This document shows positions 36,544 through 50,040 of a stretch of 64,000 nucleotides of DNA, piece by piece. The notes beneath the pieces were generated by a model. The model searched no databases. It saw nothing but the letters and a program-made list of their open reading frames with translations, and was not told the DNA's origin. The stretch lies in the NCBI RefSeq assembly GCF_964213995.1, contig NC_135809.1:59520001-59584000 (forward strand). Reading direction: 5' to 3'. The DNA is from Mustelus asterias (Eukaryota). The number at the start of each line of letters is the position of its first letter. The stretch's first letter is position 1. A program made the position numbers and the translations under genes.

Positions 36544-37344
36544 TTGCTGATAATTTTCAATCAGATGGTGGTTAGTCTGAGAAATTCTCTTTCCCAGGGA
36601 GCAGTGGGGGCTGGATCATTGAATGTATTTGGGTTTGTTATATTTTTGATAGACAAGGTAGCCAAGTGTTCTGGGTGGGGGGCAGTGGGGAAGCAGACAG
36701 GAAAATGGTGTTGACACTACAACCAGATCAATCGTACAGAATTGTGGATCAGGCTTGAAAGGCCGACTGGCCTACTCCGGCTCCTAAATCCTGTGTTCCC
36801 CAACCCTTTTCTCCACATCTCTGCAAAATCTTCCTTTTCAAGTATTTATCCAACTTCATTTTGGGCCTTTTGTCATTGAAACTGCTTCCACCATCCTATT
36901 GGGCAGTACATTCTAACCCATAACAACTCGCTATGTGGAAGCTTTATCCTTCATCACTCCTCTGGTTCTTTCCTTTGGCTGTCCTCTGGTTCACCATCAC
37001 CAGCCCCTCTCAGCATCGCCACCACCACTGAAAACTATGTACCTGATCAAAACCCTCCATGATTTTGAACACCCCTATATTAAATCATTCCTTGAAGGAG
37101 AACAATCCCAGTTTCTCTACAGTCTTCACATTTCTGTCATCTCTGAACCATTGCCCGTGATCTCCTCTGTACTCTCTGCAAGACCCCAATTATCCTTCCT
37201 GAAGTATTGGGTCCAAAATTAGACACAATCCTCCAGCTGAGGCTGAACCAGCGATTTAGGAAAGTTTAGCATGATTTGGATTTGCACTCAACCTGAGAGA
37301 AAAAGCACCTAGATATAAAGAGTGGGGGTTGGGGGGGAAATGCA

Positions 37345-37725
37345 ACGGCATAATGTCATTGTTATTGAATTAGTAATCCACAGACCCAGGACAATGCTCT
37401 GGGGACCTGGGTTCAAATCCCACCATGGCGGATGATGGAATTTGATTTCAACAAAAGTCTGGAATTAAAAATCTACTGATGACCATGAAAGCCATTGTCT
37501 ATTGTTGTAAAAACCGATCTGGTTCACTTATGTCTTTGAGGGAAGGAAATCTGCCGTCCTTACCTGGTGTGGCCTACATGTTTCTCCAGACCCACAGCAA
37601 TGTGGTCGACTCTTAACTATCCTTTGAAATGGCCTAGCAAGCCACTCAATTCAAGGGGAATTACGGATGGGCAATAAATGCTGGCCCAGCCAGCAATGCC
37701 CGCATCCCATGAATGAGTAAAAAAT
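37345..37725 (+). mobile_element. SINE-B, full length
   Basis: Colinear with 34144-34495, with a well preserved tail GGGCAATAAATGCTGGCCCAGCCAGC. Confidence 0.9.
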
Positions 37726-37879
37726 AATTCTGTGATTCTGTGAAGCCAGGTGGAAGAGAAGATAAGGTCAGGCCTTGGCCAGCCTACAGAAATATAGCTG
37801 GGAGCACTTAAACAGCATTAATATGAAAAAGGACTAAAATACTTTCAATTTGGCCTCACCTACACTGGAAGAGGAAACA

Positions 37880-38858
37880 TGAATAAGATGTTCTCATCTG
37901 TCGAGGCTCAGCTCCATAATGCAGGCTTCAGTGCTCTACAGGCTGTTCCCAGATAGACATCAGCTGCTGCTGGAGGGCCATCCACTTGGTGAAAGATCTT
38001 CATTCGTCTGCTCGAGATTTGCTGACCTTCCAGTGCAAAGAACTACTGATGACTGAGTGTTGTAGTCTGGCACATTCCAAGGTCCTGGGCTACGTGCTAA
38101 GAGACGCAGTTGTTCTACATGCCTTTAACGGATAGCCACAGCAGTATGAAATTTTTTGGCAAAGCAAGGGTTAATTTGGGACTGGAGAAGCATATCACCC
38201 ATAGTACGATGTGGAGAGTCACAGGACAGTGGACTGGAATGAGGCAGTATGGAGCCAGCACCCATGCATGTCAGTACCTGGGATACGTCCATCGTTATGG
38301 TTAACAATAAATGGCTTATGTTTAAACACGCAAGTCTCCAGATGTCTTCGTGAGACATCACTCGAACCTTTACAACAGCACTGAATGTTGGGGCCAAAAG
38401 GCTGGAGGAAGAAAGGACAGTGTCAAAGGCCTCCAATCATAGTACTCTGAGGGGCTGTAAACCATGTAAAATCCCTCAGGCTGTATGTGCAGACCCTATC
38501 ACCATAACTCCACATATTTATCCTGCTTATGCCCCTAACCTACACGTCTCGGGATCTAAGAGGCAATTTAGCATGGCCAATCCACCTAACCTGCACGTCT
38601 TTGGACGAGATTGGATTTTCTTTCTCCCTTTCTCTCTATGTCTCCACACATTGTGGAGAGATTGTGCACTATGTGCAGAGAATGTTTGATATGGAATGTA
38701 AATGGACATTGTAAATACAATCCACAAAGACTGTGTATTGAGGCACCTCATCTACTGTATTTGACAGACACCAATCTGCACTGTATGCAGTGTCAATAGT
38801 GAAGCATTATGCGATTTTACAAATTTTATGAATAAACTATATTTTTGAAAAAAAGAAA
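37880..38858 (+). mobile_element. Degenerate Tx1/L1-type LINE 3' end
   Basis: Remnant VLY.LFP...CCWRAI..VKD...ARDLL.FQCKEL..TECC.LAHSKV..YVLRDA, AT-rich 3' UTR, AATAAA and an A-rich tail at about 38848-38858. Confidence 0.65.
38494..38669 (-). repeat. Inverted local duplicate of 39469-39633
   Basis: Near-identical reverse complement, including non-SINE flank. Flanked by TATGTGCAGA direct repeats. Confidence 0.9.
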
Positions 38859-39877
38859 ATGTTTTCCTCACAATTTTCTCCTCGCCTCCCCAGAAGGCAC
38901 TGACTCACACCTGCCTCCATGGGTGCTGGAACACGTTTGTGTCTTGCCGACACATTAAGGTGGCACTATACAGTCAAGTATCCGGCTGTGACTCACCAGC
39001 TGGAGCCACCTGGGTAAATTGGAACAACTCACATCGAGATTGGAACTGTATCAGAATCAGTTTACAACACTTCAGGCCGGAAAGCTACCAGAAAGTGCAG
39101 CTGGAGCTTAGTGGAGCAGGTTTGCGAGGGCTTGCGTGGTCACAGGACACTCAACAGGTCACTTCAGGCCCAATGGGTAAAGAGCCTCTTCAGCTGACCA
39201 CACACATGATAAGGTCCCAGGTTGGTCCACACTTGGTCAAATCTATGGAATCAATCTCAATCTTGATGGGAAATACATTTATACAGATGCTGGGTGATTT
39301 AGAATTGCAGTTGATTGCAATGTCCTGCATGGACAAACGGCCAACCAATTTTCCAAATCCCTGCCCATTTAGGCAAAGTCCTATAAAAGGCCTTGGACCT
39401 GTTAAATTGGTTAATAACATCCATCACTCGAGGCGGGAGGGTGGATGTTGGGGTGGTGGAGTTGGGGGACAATGTGTGGAGACGTAGAGAGAAAGGGAGA
39501 AAGAAAATCCAATCTTGTCCAAAGACGTGCAGGTTAGGTGGATTGGCCATGCTAAATTGCCTCTTTGATCCCAAGATGTGTAGGTTAGGGGCATAAGCAG
39601 GATAAATATGTGGAGTTATGGTGATAGGGTCTGGATAAGATGCTCCATCGGAGAGAGTCAGTGCAGGCTATATGAGCCAAATGGCCTGCTTCTGTACTGC
39701 AGGGATTTTCTGATTTAGGGACTGGAAAAGCTCAAGCTGACTTTTGAATCCAGCATTCCTCCCTCGCTTGCCCCACAATGTATGCAGGCTCCAAATCGTG
39801 GCCTTGGGCTTGCTCATAGCCATTAAATGGAGACAAGGTAGCTCCATCCACAATCACCAAATTTCTGGCACTTACCC

Positions 39878-40180
39878 TAGAATCCCGACAGAAGGTGGCC
39901 ATTCGGCCCATTGAACATTCACCGACTCTCCGAAAGAGCATCTTACTCATGCTGGCCCCCACCCTCGCCCTATCTCTGTAACCCCACGCATTTACCATGA
40001 CCAATCCACCTAACATGCACATCTTTGGACTAGAGGGGAAACCGGAGCACCCGGAGGAAACCCACGCAGGCATGGGGAGAACATGCAAACTCTGCACAGA
40101 CAGTTACCTGGGTCTCTGGCGCTGTGGGGCAGCTGTGAGGCAGCAGTGCGGCAGCAGTGCTAACCACTGGGGCACCCACT
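39878..40180 (-). mobile_element. HE1-like V-SINE (a second, + strand partial copy lies at ~39508-39715)
   Basis: Reverse-complement V-domain and tail. Confidence 0.85.
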
Positions 40181-41444
40181 TCTGAGTCTTTCTTTGCATG
40201 GGTGAAGCTATAGTAAAGATCTCATTTCATCGTATTCTGATGGCCAAATCACAGTATAAGCAAGGAAATAGAAAAGAAAATGTAGCAATGATGGTTTATG
40301 AAAAACGACTTAAATCTCTTGTGTTTGCTGAGCTGTGTTGACTCAATCATTGCCTTCATCTCTCAGCAACATTACATTTCTTTGGCTAAGCAATTATGAA
40401 AGTTCACATTGTAAATAATTCTCACAAGGTGTTCGGAAAAGAAAAATTATGATTTGGACTTAAACTGCCATTAAGAGTACCCCAGAGTACTCCTTCACAG
40501 AAAATATTAGCCGTGCAGACTAAAAAAACGACCCCTGATCGAATGAGTTATTTCAGTCAAGGTAGAAATAAAGGCAACATGTTTGGTTTAATTGCTCCTT
40601 AACACAGCTTCTTTTTGAGGTAAAGCTGAGTTGCCAATGAATTACATTTTGAAGTCCAGAATTCTGTGCATTTTATTACAAGCTATCTAGAACTGACCAG
40701 GAGATATATAAAAACAATCAATCCAAGTGATTTGTACATCAAAACATTTCTGTGGTGCTACTAAATAGCTACCGAAACTTTTTTTTCTTCCATGCCTGCC
40801 TGATCTATTTAACTGGAAGTTAGGTTTTACACAATGCTTCTGTGGAACTATAAAAGCCAGATGCCACCTGAAAAATCAGGCAGAACGGTTATAAAAATCT
40901 GTGAAGCAGCACAGAAAATTCAAAGGATTTTGGTCAGAATTCTCTGGCTGTTCACGGCAGCAAGATCTTCTGGTCCTGCTGACAATGTACCTCCGACACG
41001 GGTTTTCCGGTGGTGTGGGGTGGAGTCAAATGGAAATCCCATTGACAGCGGAGGAACCAGAAGATCCCACTGCTGGTTAATGGCCGTCTCCTCCCACCAT
41101 GAGAAATTCTCCCACTGGAGAATACCCCCCTTTATCTAGTCTTAGGAGTCCAGTTAAAAAGTCAGAGCTGAAGTCTGTCATTTGGAAGATTTGATGAGGG
41201 AGGTTAATGTTTATGGCAGGGTGAGGAGCGGATACCTTAACCATCCACTGCTTATTTCACCCCAGCATTGGCAGCCTTTAGCCATCTCAGCCTTAAACTC
41301 CACAGGCGCAATGTTACTGACTGTTCATGCCCCACAACCACTGCACGCGAGGATGGAGAATTCGGCACTCAGCTCCGTTCATGGCAGCGAGACCAGAAAA
41401 TCCTGCCGGCACGAACGGCCCGAAAAAAACCCACCCCAAGATTC

Positions 41445-41727
41445 CTTCACCCCCACCACCCGCATTCCCCCCTCCCTCACCCCCACCACCCGCATTCCCC
41501 CCTCCCTCCCTCACCCCCACCACCCGCATTCCCCCCTCCCTCACCCCCACCACCCGCATTCCCCCCTCCCTCACCCCCACCACCCGCATTCCCCCCTCCC
41601 TCACCCCCACCACCCGCATTCCCCCCTCCCTCACCCCCACCACCCGCATTCCCCCCTCCCTCACCCCACCACCCGCATTCCCCCCTCCCTCACCCCCACC
41701 ACCCGCATTCCCCCCTCCCTCCCCCCC
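41445..41727. repeat. C-rich minisatellite, ~30-bp unit (TCACCCCCACCACCCGCATTCCCCCCTCCC), about 9 copies
   Basis: Direct tandem repetition. It generates the spurious Pro/His-rich ORFs. Confidence 0.97.
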
Positions 41728-42431
41728 TCTTCTCTCTCTCTTTGGTGACATGCTTAAAGCCGACCTTTCTGACCAAACATTTGGCCACTTGTCCTATCTC
41801 TCCTTCTTTGCTTCAGTGTCCATTTTTTCTATACGATTACCCTCCTTCAAATGCCTTGGGACATTTTACTGTATGAAAGCCACACACACAGACACACACA
41901 AACATGCACACACACTCACGTGTGTGGACTCACAGGCACATGTGCACACAGACACACGTGCATATATACAGACACCCACGCCACAGGGACTGCAGCATTT
42001 CAAGGCAGCTCACCACCACCTTCTCAAGGGCAATCAGGGATGGGCAATAAATATCAGTCTTACCAATGACACCCATATCCTATAAATGAATCTAATATAG
42101 CACACACACACACAACTGATATTCATGGGCCTCTAGTTTTGTTGGTCTCAAACCCTGCAGCCAGGCCTACCTGGACACAGGAACTGACCATCTCTTAAAT
42201 AGGGTTGCCAGCTCAGGCTGGACATATTCCATGAGATGTCGGCAGAAGTGGCAACACAAAGTCAGCAGCGTGCTGCGTGTGGGTTCTAGGTTTCTGAGTT
42301 GGCTGTACGAATGGAGAAAATACTAATTCTTCCCCACCTCCTCATTCTGCTGTCAATGTGCAATAGTGGGCTGGAGGACGGAGGGGGAACAGATGCTGGA
42401 AACATGGGCAACAATAAGATCTCAATTTAAC

Positions 42432-42642
42432 ATAAAAGCAAAATACTCCGGATACTGGAATCTGAAACAAAAACATAAAATGCTGCAAAATCTCAGCAGT
42501 TCTGACAGCATCTGTGGAGAGAGAACAGAGCTAACATTTCGAGTCTGGATGACTCTTCGTCAGAGCTCCAGACATCCAAATTCCAGACTCGAAACGGTGG
42601 CTCTATTCTGTCTCCACAGACGCTGTCAGACCTGCTGAAAAT
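42432..42642 (-). mobile_element. PLE family B pLTR with inverted partial copy
   Basis: 42582-42642 is the reverse complement of about 42487-42549, the inverted arrangement typical of PLE insertions. Confidence 0.8.
42528..42568 (-). ncRNA. Minimal type I hammerhead ribozyme motif (family B)
   Basis: Minus strand GAGCT-CTGACGA-A-GAGTC-ATCCA-GACTC-GAAA-TG-TT-AGCTC, with perfect 5-bp stems I and II. Confidence 0.85.
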
Positions 42643-42744
42643 CTTGATCTTAACTGAGCTATTTACCCTCTGTCACAGCCATCTCCAGCCGCTACTCTCA
42701 CCCATCACCTCAACATCTGGCATTTTCACTTGGCAACTCACAGC

Positions 42745-43140
42745 ATCGCTCAATGAGATCATTCAGCCCATTGTGTCTGCACCGACTCTCACAATGAACA
42801 ATTCACTTACTGCCATTCCTGCCCCTTTTCCCTGTACATTCTTTCTTTCCAACAGTCTAATTCTCTTTCAAATGCCTTGATTGAAACTGCCTCGACCACA
42901 CTCTCAGGCAGCGCATTCCAGACCTGAATCGCTCGCTGCATGTAAAAGGTTTTCCTCATGTTGCTTTTGCTTCTTTGACTAGTGATTTTAAATCTGTGCC
43001 TTCTCAATCTTGACCCTTTCATGAGTTGGAACAGTTTCTCTGCGTCTCCTCTGTCCAGACCCCTCAAGAACACTTCGATCAAATCTCCTCTCTGCCTTCT
43101 CTTCCCCAAGGAAAACAGCCCCAACTTCTCCAATCTACTG
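42745..43140 (-). mobile_element. CR1 3' end
   Basis: RLEKLGLFSLGKRRQRGDLIEVF...VWNALP. Confidence 0.9.
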
Positions 43141-43796
43141 GACAATTAGACAAATACATAAAGAGGGAAAAACATCTCCTTTGTTTTGGGGAAAGATTCG
43201 GGTAGTGGAACAAATTGGACAGCCATTTCAAAGAGCTAGCATAAGAATGATGGGCAGAGTGGCAAATGATGTTAATCCAGCACGGGATATGGGGCCAACC
43301 GAAAATAGTGAGGACTTGCATTTTGAAGTAGAAAGGTTATTTCCAATATATGTGAACACTTTTATCTTTAAGCATCAATCAAGGTTTTGTAATACATTCC
43401 TCTGCCAGTCGTGTAATCTGTTTTGTCAGTAAATTTGCTGTTTTCACAGAATGGGATTCAAGGCGCCAGTAAACATCAGAATCTCCACTGCGTTTCTTCA
43501 GCCGCCCATGACCAGCACCAAAAAAGGCTCACTAATCTAGCATTAAATGGTGTGGATAGATAGGCCAATTATTACTCCAGACAAGTTAACCTGGGAAGGT
43601 AAGCGGATTTAGACTTGGATTTAGTGGAAAGTAAATTTACACTGGCTGGCAAAAAAATGTCTTCATTCAAAGGATGAAATCGGTTTGCAGCAAGGCAACA
43701 AGAGTCAAAGGGAACTGAAACACCACAAAAATCCGGTCGGGAGTCAATTGAGGGGGGGGTGGGGTGACTGTCAGGGTGGGAGTGGAGGCTGGGTGT

Positions 43797-43883
43797 CCTG
43801 ATGAAGGGGCAGCGCTCCGAAAGCTTGTGCTGCCAAATAAACCTGTTGGACTTTAACCTGGTGTAGAGAGACTTCTTACTGTG
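43797..43883 (+). mobile_element. PLE family A pLTR fragment starting at the hammerhead core
   Basis: CCTGATGAAGGGGCAGCGCTCCGAAAGCTTGTG...AAATAAACCTGTTGGACTTTAACCTGGTG. Confidence 0.85.
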
Positions 43884-43959
43884 TCAAGCTCTGGTCAGGG
43901 GTTAAGAGTGGTGAGTGGTGAGAGGTCAGTGGGCCAACGGGTAATTTCTCGTATAAATT

Positions 43960-44502
43960 TGTGTCTTTACATCTTTATTCCTAGGTATGGAACGGATGTT
44001 ATTTCATTGGAGGCAGTTCAGAAAAGAAATCACTCGGATGATCCCCAGTAGGGAGGGATTGTCTTATGAGGAAAGATTAAACAGGTTGGGACTCTATACT
44101 CATTGGAATTTAGAAGAATAAGAGGCTGATCGCATTGAAACATATCGGATTCTTAAGGGACTTGACTGGGTAAATGGTAAAAGGATGTTTCTCTTCATGG
44201 GAGAGTCTAGGACCAGAGGACATAGTCTCAGAATAAAGGGTCGCTAATTTAAGACTGAGATGAGGAGGGATTTCCTCTCTCAAAGCGTCGAGTCTTTGGA
44301 ACTCCTTGTTACTGAGAGATGTGGAAACCAAGTCATTGTATATATTTAAGGTTGAGATAGATTTTTGATCAGTAAGGGAATCAAGGGGAAGTGTCAGGAA
44401 AGTGGACGTGAAGAATGTCAGATCAGCCACGATCCTATTGAATGACAGAGCAGGCTCATGGGGCCGAACGGCCCCCTCCTGTTCCTATTTCTTATGGTCT
44501 GA
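43960..44502 (+). mobile_element. CR1 3' fragment
   Basis: LEAVQK...SYEERL.RLGLY.LEFRRIR.D.IETY plus a CTTATGGT tail. Confidence 0.88.
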
Positions 44503-46507
44503 TGAGTTAAGAAGATTGACAATATGCAATGGTTAATCCTCCATTAAAAACACAGTTAGCCTAAATACATAATCTTGTTTGTATAAAAAAGCTGATTCAG
44601 TTGCCGTGCATGTTGGATACAAGAACCCACTTCTACCAGGCCATTCAATGGTAATGACTTTAAGCATTATTATAGAATCATAGAATCTACAGCACGGACA
44701 GAGGCCCTTCGGCCCAAACTGGTCCACCCCAACCAAAATGCCCATCTAAACTAACCCCATTTGCCTGCATTTGGCCCATATCCCTCTTAAGAAAAATAGA
44801 AACAAACTGAAAATAAGTTAAACAACATGGAAAGGAATGTTACTGTTAGCAGTTTTGGAAATTGCTTGCATATCATGATATTCAGCGCTGCTGAACAAAG
44901 GGACATACCATCAAAGTTTTTAATCTTGCACTCATCAGGTCATAAAGAAGAATGCCAAATTTCGAAGTGAAATATAATTTAACCTGCATGAGAAACAAGG
45001 TGTTGATTGTTGGCCAGTGGACTCTGATTGGTTGAGGCATTGCCTTGGAGAATGGACTAGGCCACAGATATCCCTGGGGTCATGTTTGACAGGATAATCA
45101 GTTTTCCTGAAAATTCAGCAGTCTGATAGCCTTGAAAATTGTTCTGGGGGTCTAATTAGTGCTATTTTTACACTCAGCATTCAATGACAATGCCACATGG
45201 ATCAAATGCCTGGCATACGAGGTGTAATCAGGGCGTCAGATACACAGCAGCACTCAGTTTCTGAGCAAGTAACGTGCACAAATCCAACACTGCATGCAAA
45301 TTGATTGATGTCCCATGTGGCTGTTTCCTAATGCCAAGACTGTACCTGCTGGGAGTGATCCCGGTGTTTGATCGAAAATAAGATCCTCAGAACATTAAGA
45401 ATTACTGGACGACAAAATACCAATGCCCATTTCTACCCACCTGGCCATCACAAGAGACAATCACGGAATTGTAGACTGTTCATACCAGCCAATCTCTATC
45501 AATTAATCTGTAAAAGACCCAGTCACGGGAAAAATGTTCTGTGCTGAACCATAGGTTCCAAGTCATCTGTTTCTCTCAAGGGAGCTGCACTCACCATATG
45601 TCAGGTCCCATATTGTTAGATCGCAAATTGGCTATTGTTCACAAACTGAAAATGTTTTATTTGTTGCTTTTGCAGTTTCAATAAATCCTTCATACAAATC
45701 AGTGAGATTATAAAGAATGAATAATTATGACAGAGAGAACATACATTTATCCAGTGCCTTTCACGACCACAGAATGTTCCAAGTTGCTTCTAGCCAAGTA
45801 GAGGCTTTTTGAAGTGTAGTCACTGTTATTGTGTGGGGGAAGTGTCAGCCAATGTGAACACAGCGAGGACACAAACATGGAAATGGAACAGAGTAGAAAA
45901 TCTTTCAACTGAATGTTGTCAATTGAGGGATAAATATTGTCCAGAGCACTCGGGATAGGGGATATGGGGGAGGCGATGGCCGAGTGGTATTATCGCTCGA
46001 CTGTTAATCCAGAAACTAAGGTAATGTGCTGGGGACCCGAGTTCGGAAATCTGCTGTCCTTACCTGGTCTGGCCTACATGTGACTTCAGAGCCACAGCAA
46101 TGTGGTTCACTCTCAACTGCCCTCCAAGGGCAACCAGGAATGGGCAATAAATGCTGGCCAGCCAGTGACAGCGACGTCACATCCCAAGAATGAAAAAATA
46201 GAAATAATACCCCCCTGGCCAGGACACTCAGGATAATACCTTTGCTCTATTTGAATAACAACATGGGATAGTTTAAATCTAACTGTTTTCGAGGACAGGG
46301 CCTCAGTTATTTTAAATTTATTCACAGGATGTGAGCGTCGCTGGCTAGGCCAGCATTTATTATCCATCCCTAAATGCCCTTTAAGAAGGTGGTGGTGAGC
46401 TGCTCCCCTTGAACAGCCACAGTCCACGTGGTGTAGTCCATCCGCAGTGCTGTTAGGGAAAGAGTTCCAGGATTTTGACCAAATGACAGTAAAAGGATAG
46501 TGATTTT

Positions 46508-48111
46508 GAGCAAGAGGTCAGCAAGAGCATGTCCTCCACCCTGAAAGCCCTAAATGAAACTGTATCTGGGGTCACCATTGCAGATGTCAGAGCAGCTTTC
46601 TTGAAGGTCAACCCATGAAAAGCAACTGGTCCAGATAGGGTATCCACACGTGCACTCAGATCCTGCGCAGATCAGCTGGCGGAGGTATTCGCAGACATCT
46701 TCAACCTCTCTTTACAACAATCTGAGGTCCTTATCTGCTTCAAGAAGGCGACCATCATCCCGATACCTAAGAAAATCCAAGCAGCGTGCCTTAATGACTA
46801 TCCGCCGGTGGCTCTGACATCGATCACTATGAAGTGCTTCGAAAGGTTAGTCATGGCACGAATCAATTCCAGCCTCCCGGACTACCTGGATCCACTACAG
46901 TTTGCCTACCGCTGCAACAGGTCCACAGCAGATGCCATTTCCCTGGCCCTGCACTCAACCCTGGAACACCTAGATAACAGGGACACCTATGTCAGACTCC
47001 TATTTATTGAGTACAGCTCAGCCTTCAACACTATTATTCCCACAAAACTCATCTCCAAACTCCGTGGCCTGGACCTCAGCACCTCCCTCTGCGACTGGAT
47101 CCTGAACTTCCTAACTCACAGACCACAATCAATAAGGATAGGCAACAACACCTCCTCCACAATAATCCTCAACACTGGTGCTCCACAAGGCTGTTTTCTC
47201 AGCCCTCTACTGTACTCCTTGTACACCTATGACTGCGGAGAAATTCCCCTCCAATTCGATTTTCAAGTTTGCTGACGACACCACCGTAGTGGGTCAGATC
47301 TCAAACAATGACAAGACAGAGTACTGGAATGAGATAGAGAATCTGGTGAACTGCTGTGACGACAATAATCTCTCCCCCAATGTCAACAAAACAAAGGAGA
47401 TTGTCATTGACTTCAGGAATCGTAGAGGGGAACATGACCCTGTCTACATCAATGGGGACGAAGTAGAAAGGGACGAGAGCTTCAGGTTTTTAGGTGTCCA
47501 GATCACCAACAACCTGTCCTGGTCCCCCAATGCCAACACGATAGTTAAGAAAGCCCAACAATGCCTCTACTTTCTCAAGACCAAGGAAATGTAGCATGGC
47601 AGCTATGACTCTCACCAACTTTTACAGATGCACCATAGAAAGCATTCTTTCTGGTTGTATCACAGTTTGGTATGGCTCCTGCTCTGCCCAAGACCGCAAG
47701 GAACTACAAAAGGTCGTGAATGTAGCCCAATCCATCACGCAAACCAACCTCCTATCCATTGACTCTGTCTATACTTCCCACTGCCTCAGCAAAGCAGCCA
47801 GCATAATTAAGGACCCCACGCACCCTGGACATTCTCTCTTCCACCTTCTTCCTTCGGGAAAAAGATACAAAAGTCTGAGGTCACAATCCAACCGACTCAA
47901 GAACAGCTTCTTCCCTGCTGCTGTCAGGCTTTTGAATGGACTTACCTTACATTAAGTTGATCTTTCTCTACACCCTAGCTATGATTGTAACACTACATTC
48001 TGCACTCTCTCGTTTCCTTCTCTATGAACGGTATGTTTTGCTGTATAGCGCGCATGAAAGAATGCTTTTCACTGTATGTTAATACATGTGACAATAATAA
48101 ATCAAATCAAA
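46508..48111 (+). mobile_element. Rex1/Babar-clade LINE, 5'-truncated and frameshifted
   Basis: [63 protein letters not shown] and FADDT motifs, with a (TCAAA)n tail. Inserted in a minus-strand LINE-B (46315-46505 / 48112-48700). Confidence 0.9.
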
Positions 48112-48707
48112 TATACTTCCAATTCAGGATGGTGTGTAGTTTGGAGATGAACTTGTCGGCAGTGGTGTTTCTAGGTATCTGCTGCCCTTGTCCTTCTCAG
48201 TGGTAAAGGTCACTGATTTGGAAGTTGCTGTTGAAGTAGCCTTGGTGGATTTCTGCAGTGCATCTTGTAGATGATGCATACCCATGTATGTTACTTGCCA
48301 CTTATCAAGGACTGAATGTTTTTCGGGGAGGTGGCGAGGCTGTCATTGACGAAGCAGCTGAAGATGGTTGGACCTAGGTCGCTACCCTGAGGAACTTCTG
48401 CAGTGATGGTTGCTAGGCCACAGTTAATGGCACACTCAATCAAATGTAGCTTTGATGTTAAGGGCTGTCACTCTGAACACATCTTTGGAGTTCAGCTCTT
48501 TTATCCATATTTGGATAAAGGCTGTAACGAAGTCAGGGACGGAGTGGTCCTGACAGGAATCAAACTGAGCCTCAGTGAGCATGTAATTTCAAAGTAAGTG
48601 CCACTTGATAGCACTATGAATGACACCTCCCATCACTCTGCTGATGATTGAGAGTAGACTGACTGGTAATTGGCTGGGTTTTTTGCTCTGCTTTTTATAT
48701 ATAGGAC

Positions 48708-48860
48708 ATATTCCCAGACGACCATAGGCTGCTTCCCCCTTTGAGGACCACTGCACCTCAGGCGAGGGGCAAAGTTGAGAACCTCAGCCAGTACGGGGAT
48801 TGAACCCATGTGTAGGTAACGCTCTGCATCGCAAACCAGCTGTCCAGCCAACGGAGCTAA
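48708..48860 (-). mobile_element. Fourth tRNA-derived SINE family (related copy at 61345-61560)
   Basis: Minus strand TTAGCTCCGTTGG...GGTTCAATCCC. Shared ACCTCAGG.GA.GGGCA..GTTGAGAA...ACCTCAGCCAGTAC. Confidence 0.7.
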
Positions 48861-49404
48861 ATTAAATACCTATATAGAACATACCTGGGCAATATTTCAC
48901 ATTGTTGGGTAGATATCAGGGTCAGGTTGGACTAGGACAGTTTGGTGAGGACGCAGCCACCTCTGCAGCTCAACGATGTCCTGTATCAGAATGGGGCTGA
49001 AATACTAAAGGAGGAAATAATTCTACAGTTGTAGCAACTTTGGTCAGACCCCATCACGAGTACTACTTAAATCCTCGCGAGCTTAGAAAAATACAGGGGT
49101 GGGACGGGGACAAAATTTAATTGAAATGTTTAAAATAATTTAGGGGTTTTGATAAGGTAAATATAGAAAATGTATTACAGATGGTGCGAGAATCCAGAAT
49201 GAGGGGGCATAATCTTATCAAGTGAGACCATGCATAACTGAAATGAGAAAACATCTTTTCCTTTACAGGGCGGTAGAAATGTGGAAATCCCACCCCTGAA
49301 AGGCTACTGATGCTGGGAGAGCAACTGGAGCTTTCAAGGTTTGGCAGATTGTTGTCAGGTGAGGGATTCAAGAGATATGAAGCAAACACGGTTGTTTTTA
49401 AAAA

Positions 49405-50040
49405 TGCATTTAAGGGACGTGGGTATCACTGGTTAGGCTGGCATTTATTGCCCATCCCTAGTTGCCCTGGAGGGTGGTGCTGAGCTGCCTTCTTGAACCA
49501 CTGCAGTCCTGAGGTGTAGGTACACCCATAGTGCTGCTAGGGTGAGTGTTCCGGGATTTTGTCCCAGCGACAATGAAGGAACAGTGATATATTTCCAAGT
49601 CAGGGTGGTGAGTGACTTGGAGGGGAACCTCCAGGTGATGGTGTTCTGAGGCATCTGCTGCCCTTTGTCCTTCTAGATGGTAGTGGTCATGGGTTTGGAA
49701 GGTGCTGCCTTCCAAACAGTATATCCTGTAGATGGACTGCTGTCACTGTTCATCAATAGTGGAGGAAGTGAATGTTTGTGGAAGGGGTAGCAATCAAACA
49801 AGCTGCTTTGTTCTGGACGGTGCGGAGTTTCTTGAGCGTTGTTGGAGCTGCACTCATTCAGGCAAGTGGAGAGTATTTAATCATACTCCTGATTTGTGCC
49901 TTGAAGATGGTGGACAGACTTTGTGGAGTTAGGATGTTACTCGCTGCAGGGTTCGTAGTCTCTGACCTCTTGTAGCCACACTATTTATATGGCTAGTCCA
50001 ATTCAGTTTCTGGTCAATGGTAACCTTCAGTATGTTGATA
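49405..50040 (-). mobile_element. LINE-B 3' region
   Basis: Matches the reverse complement of 18775-19330 and 30860-31350. Confidence 0.88.

Noticed and set aside
38939-39487. 182-aa ORF
   Set aside because: No recognisable domain, a non-ATG start, and partial overlap with repeat-like sequence.
41182-42085. Pro/His-rich ORFs resembling extensin or formin
   Set aside because: They are produced by the 30-bp C-rich tandem repeat and are open in several frames and on both strands.
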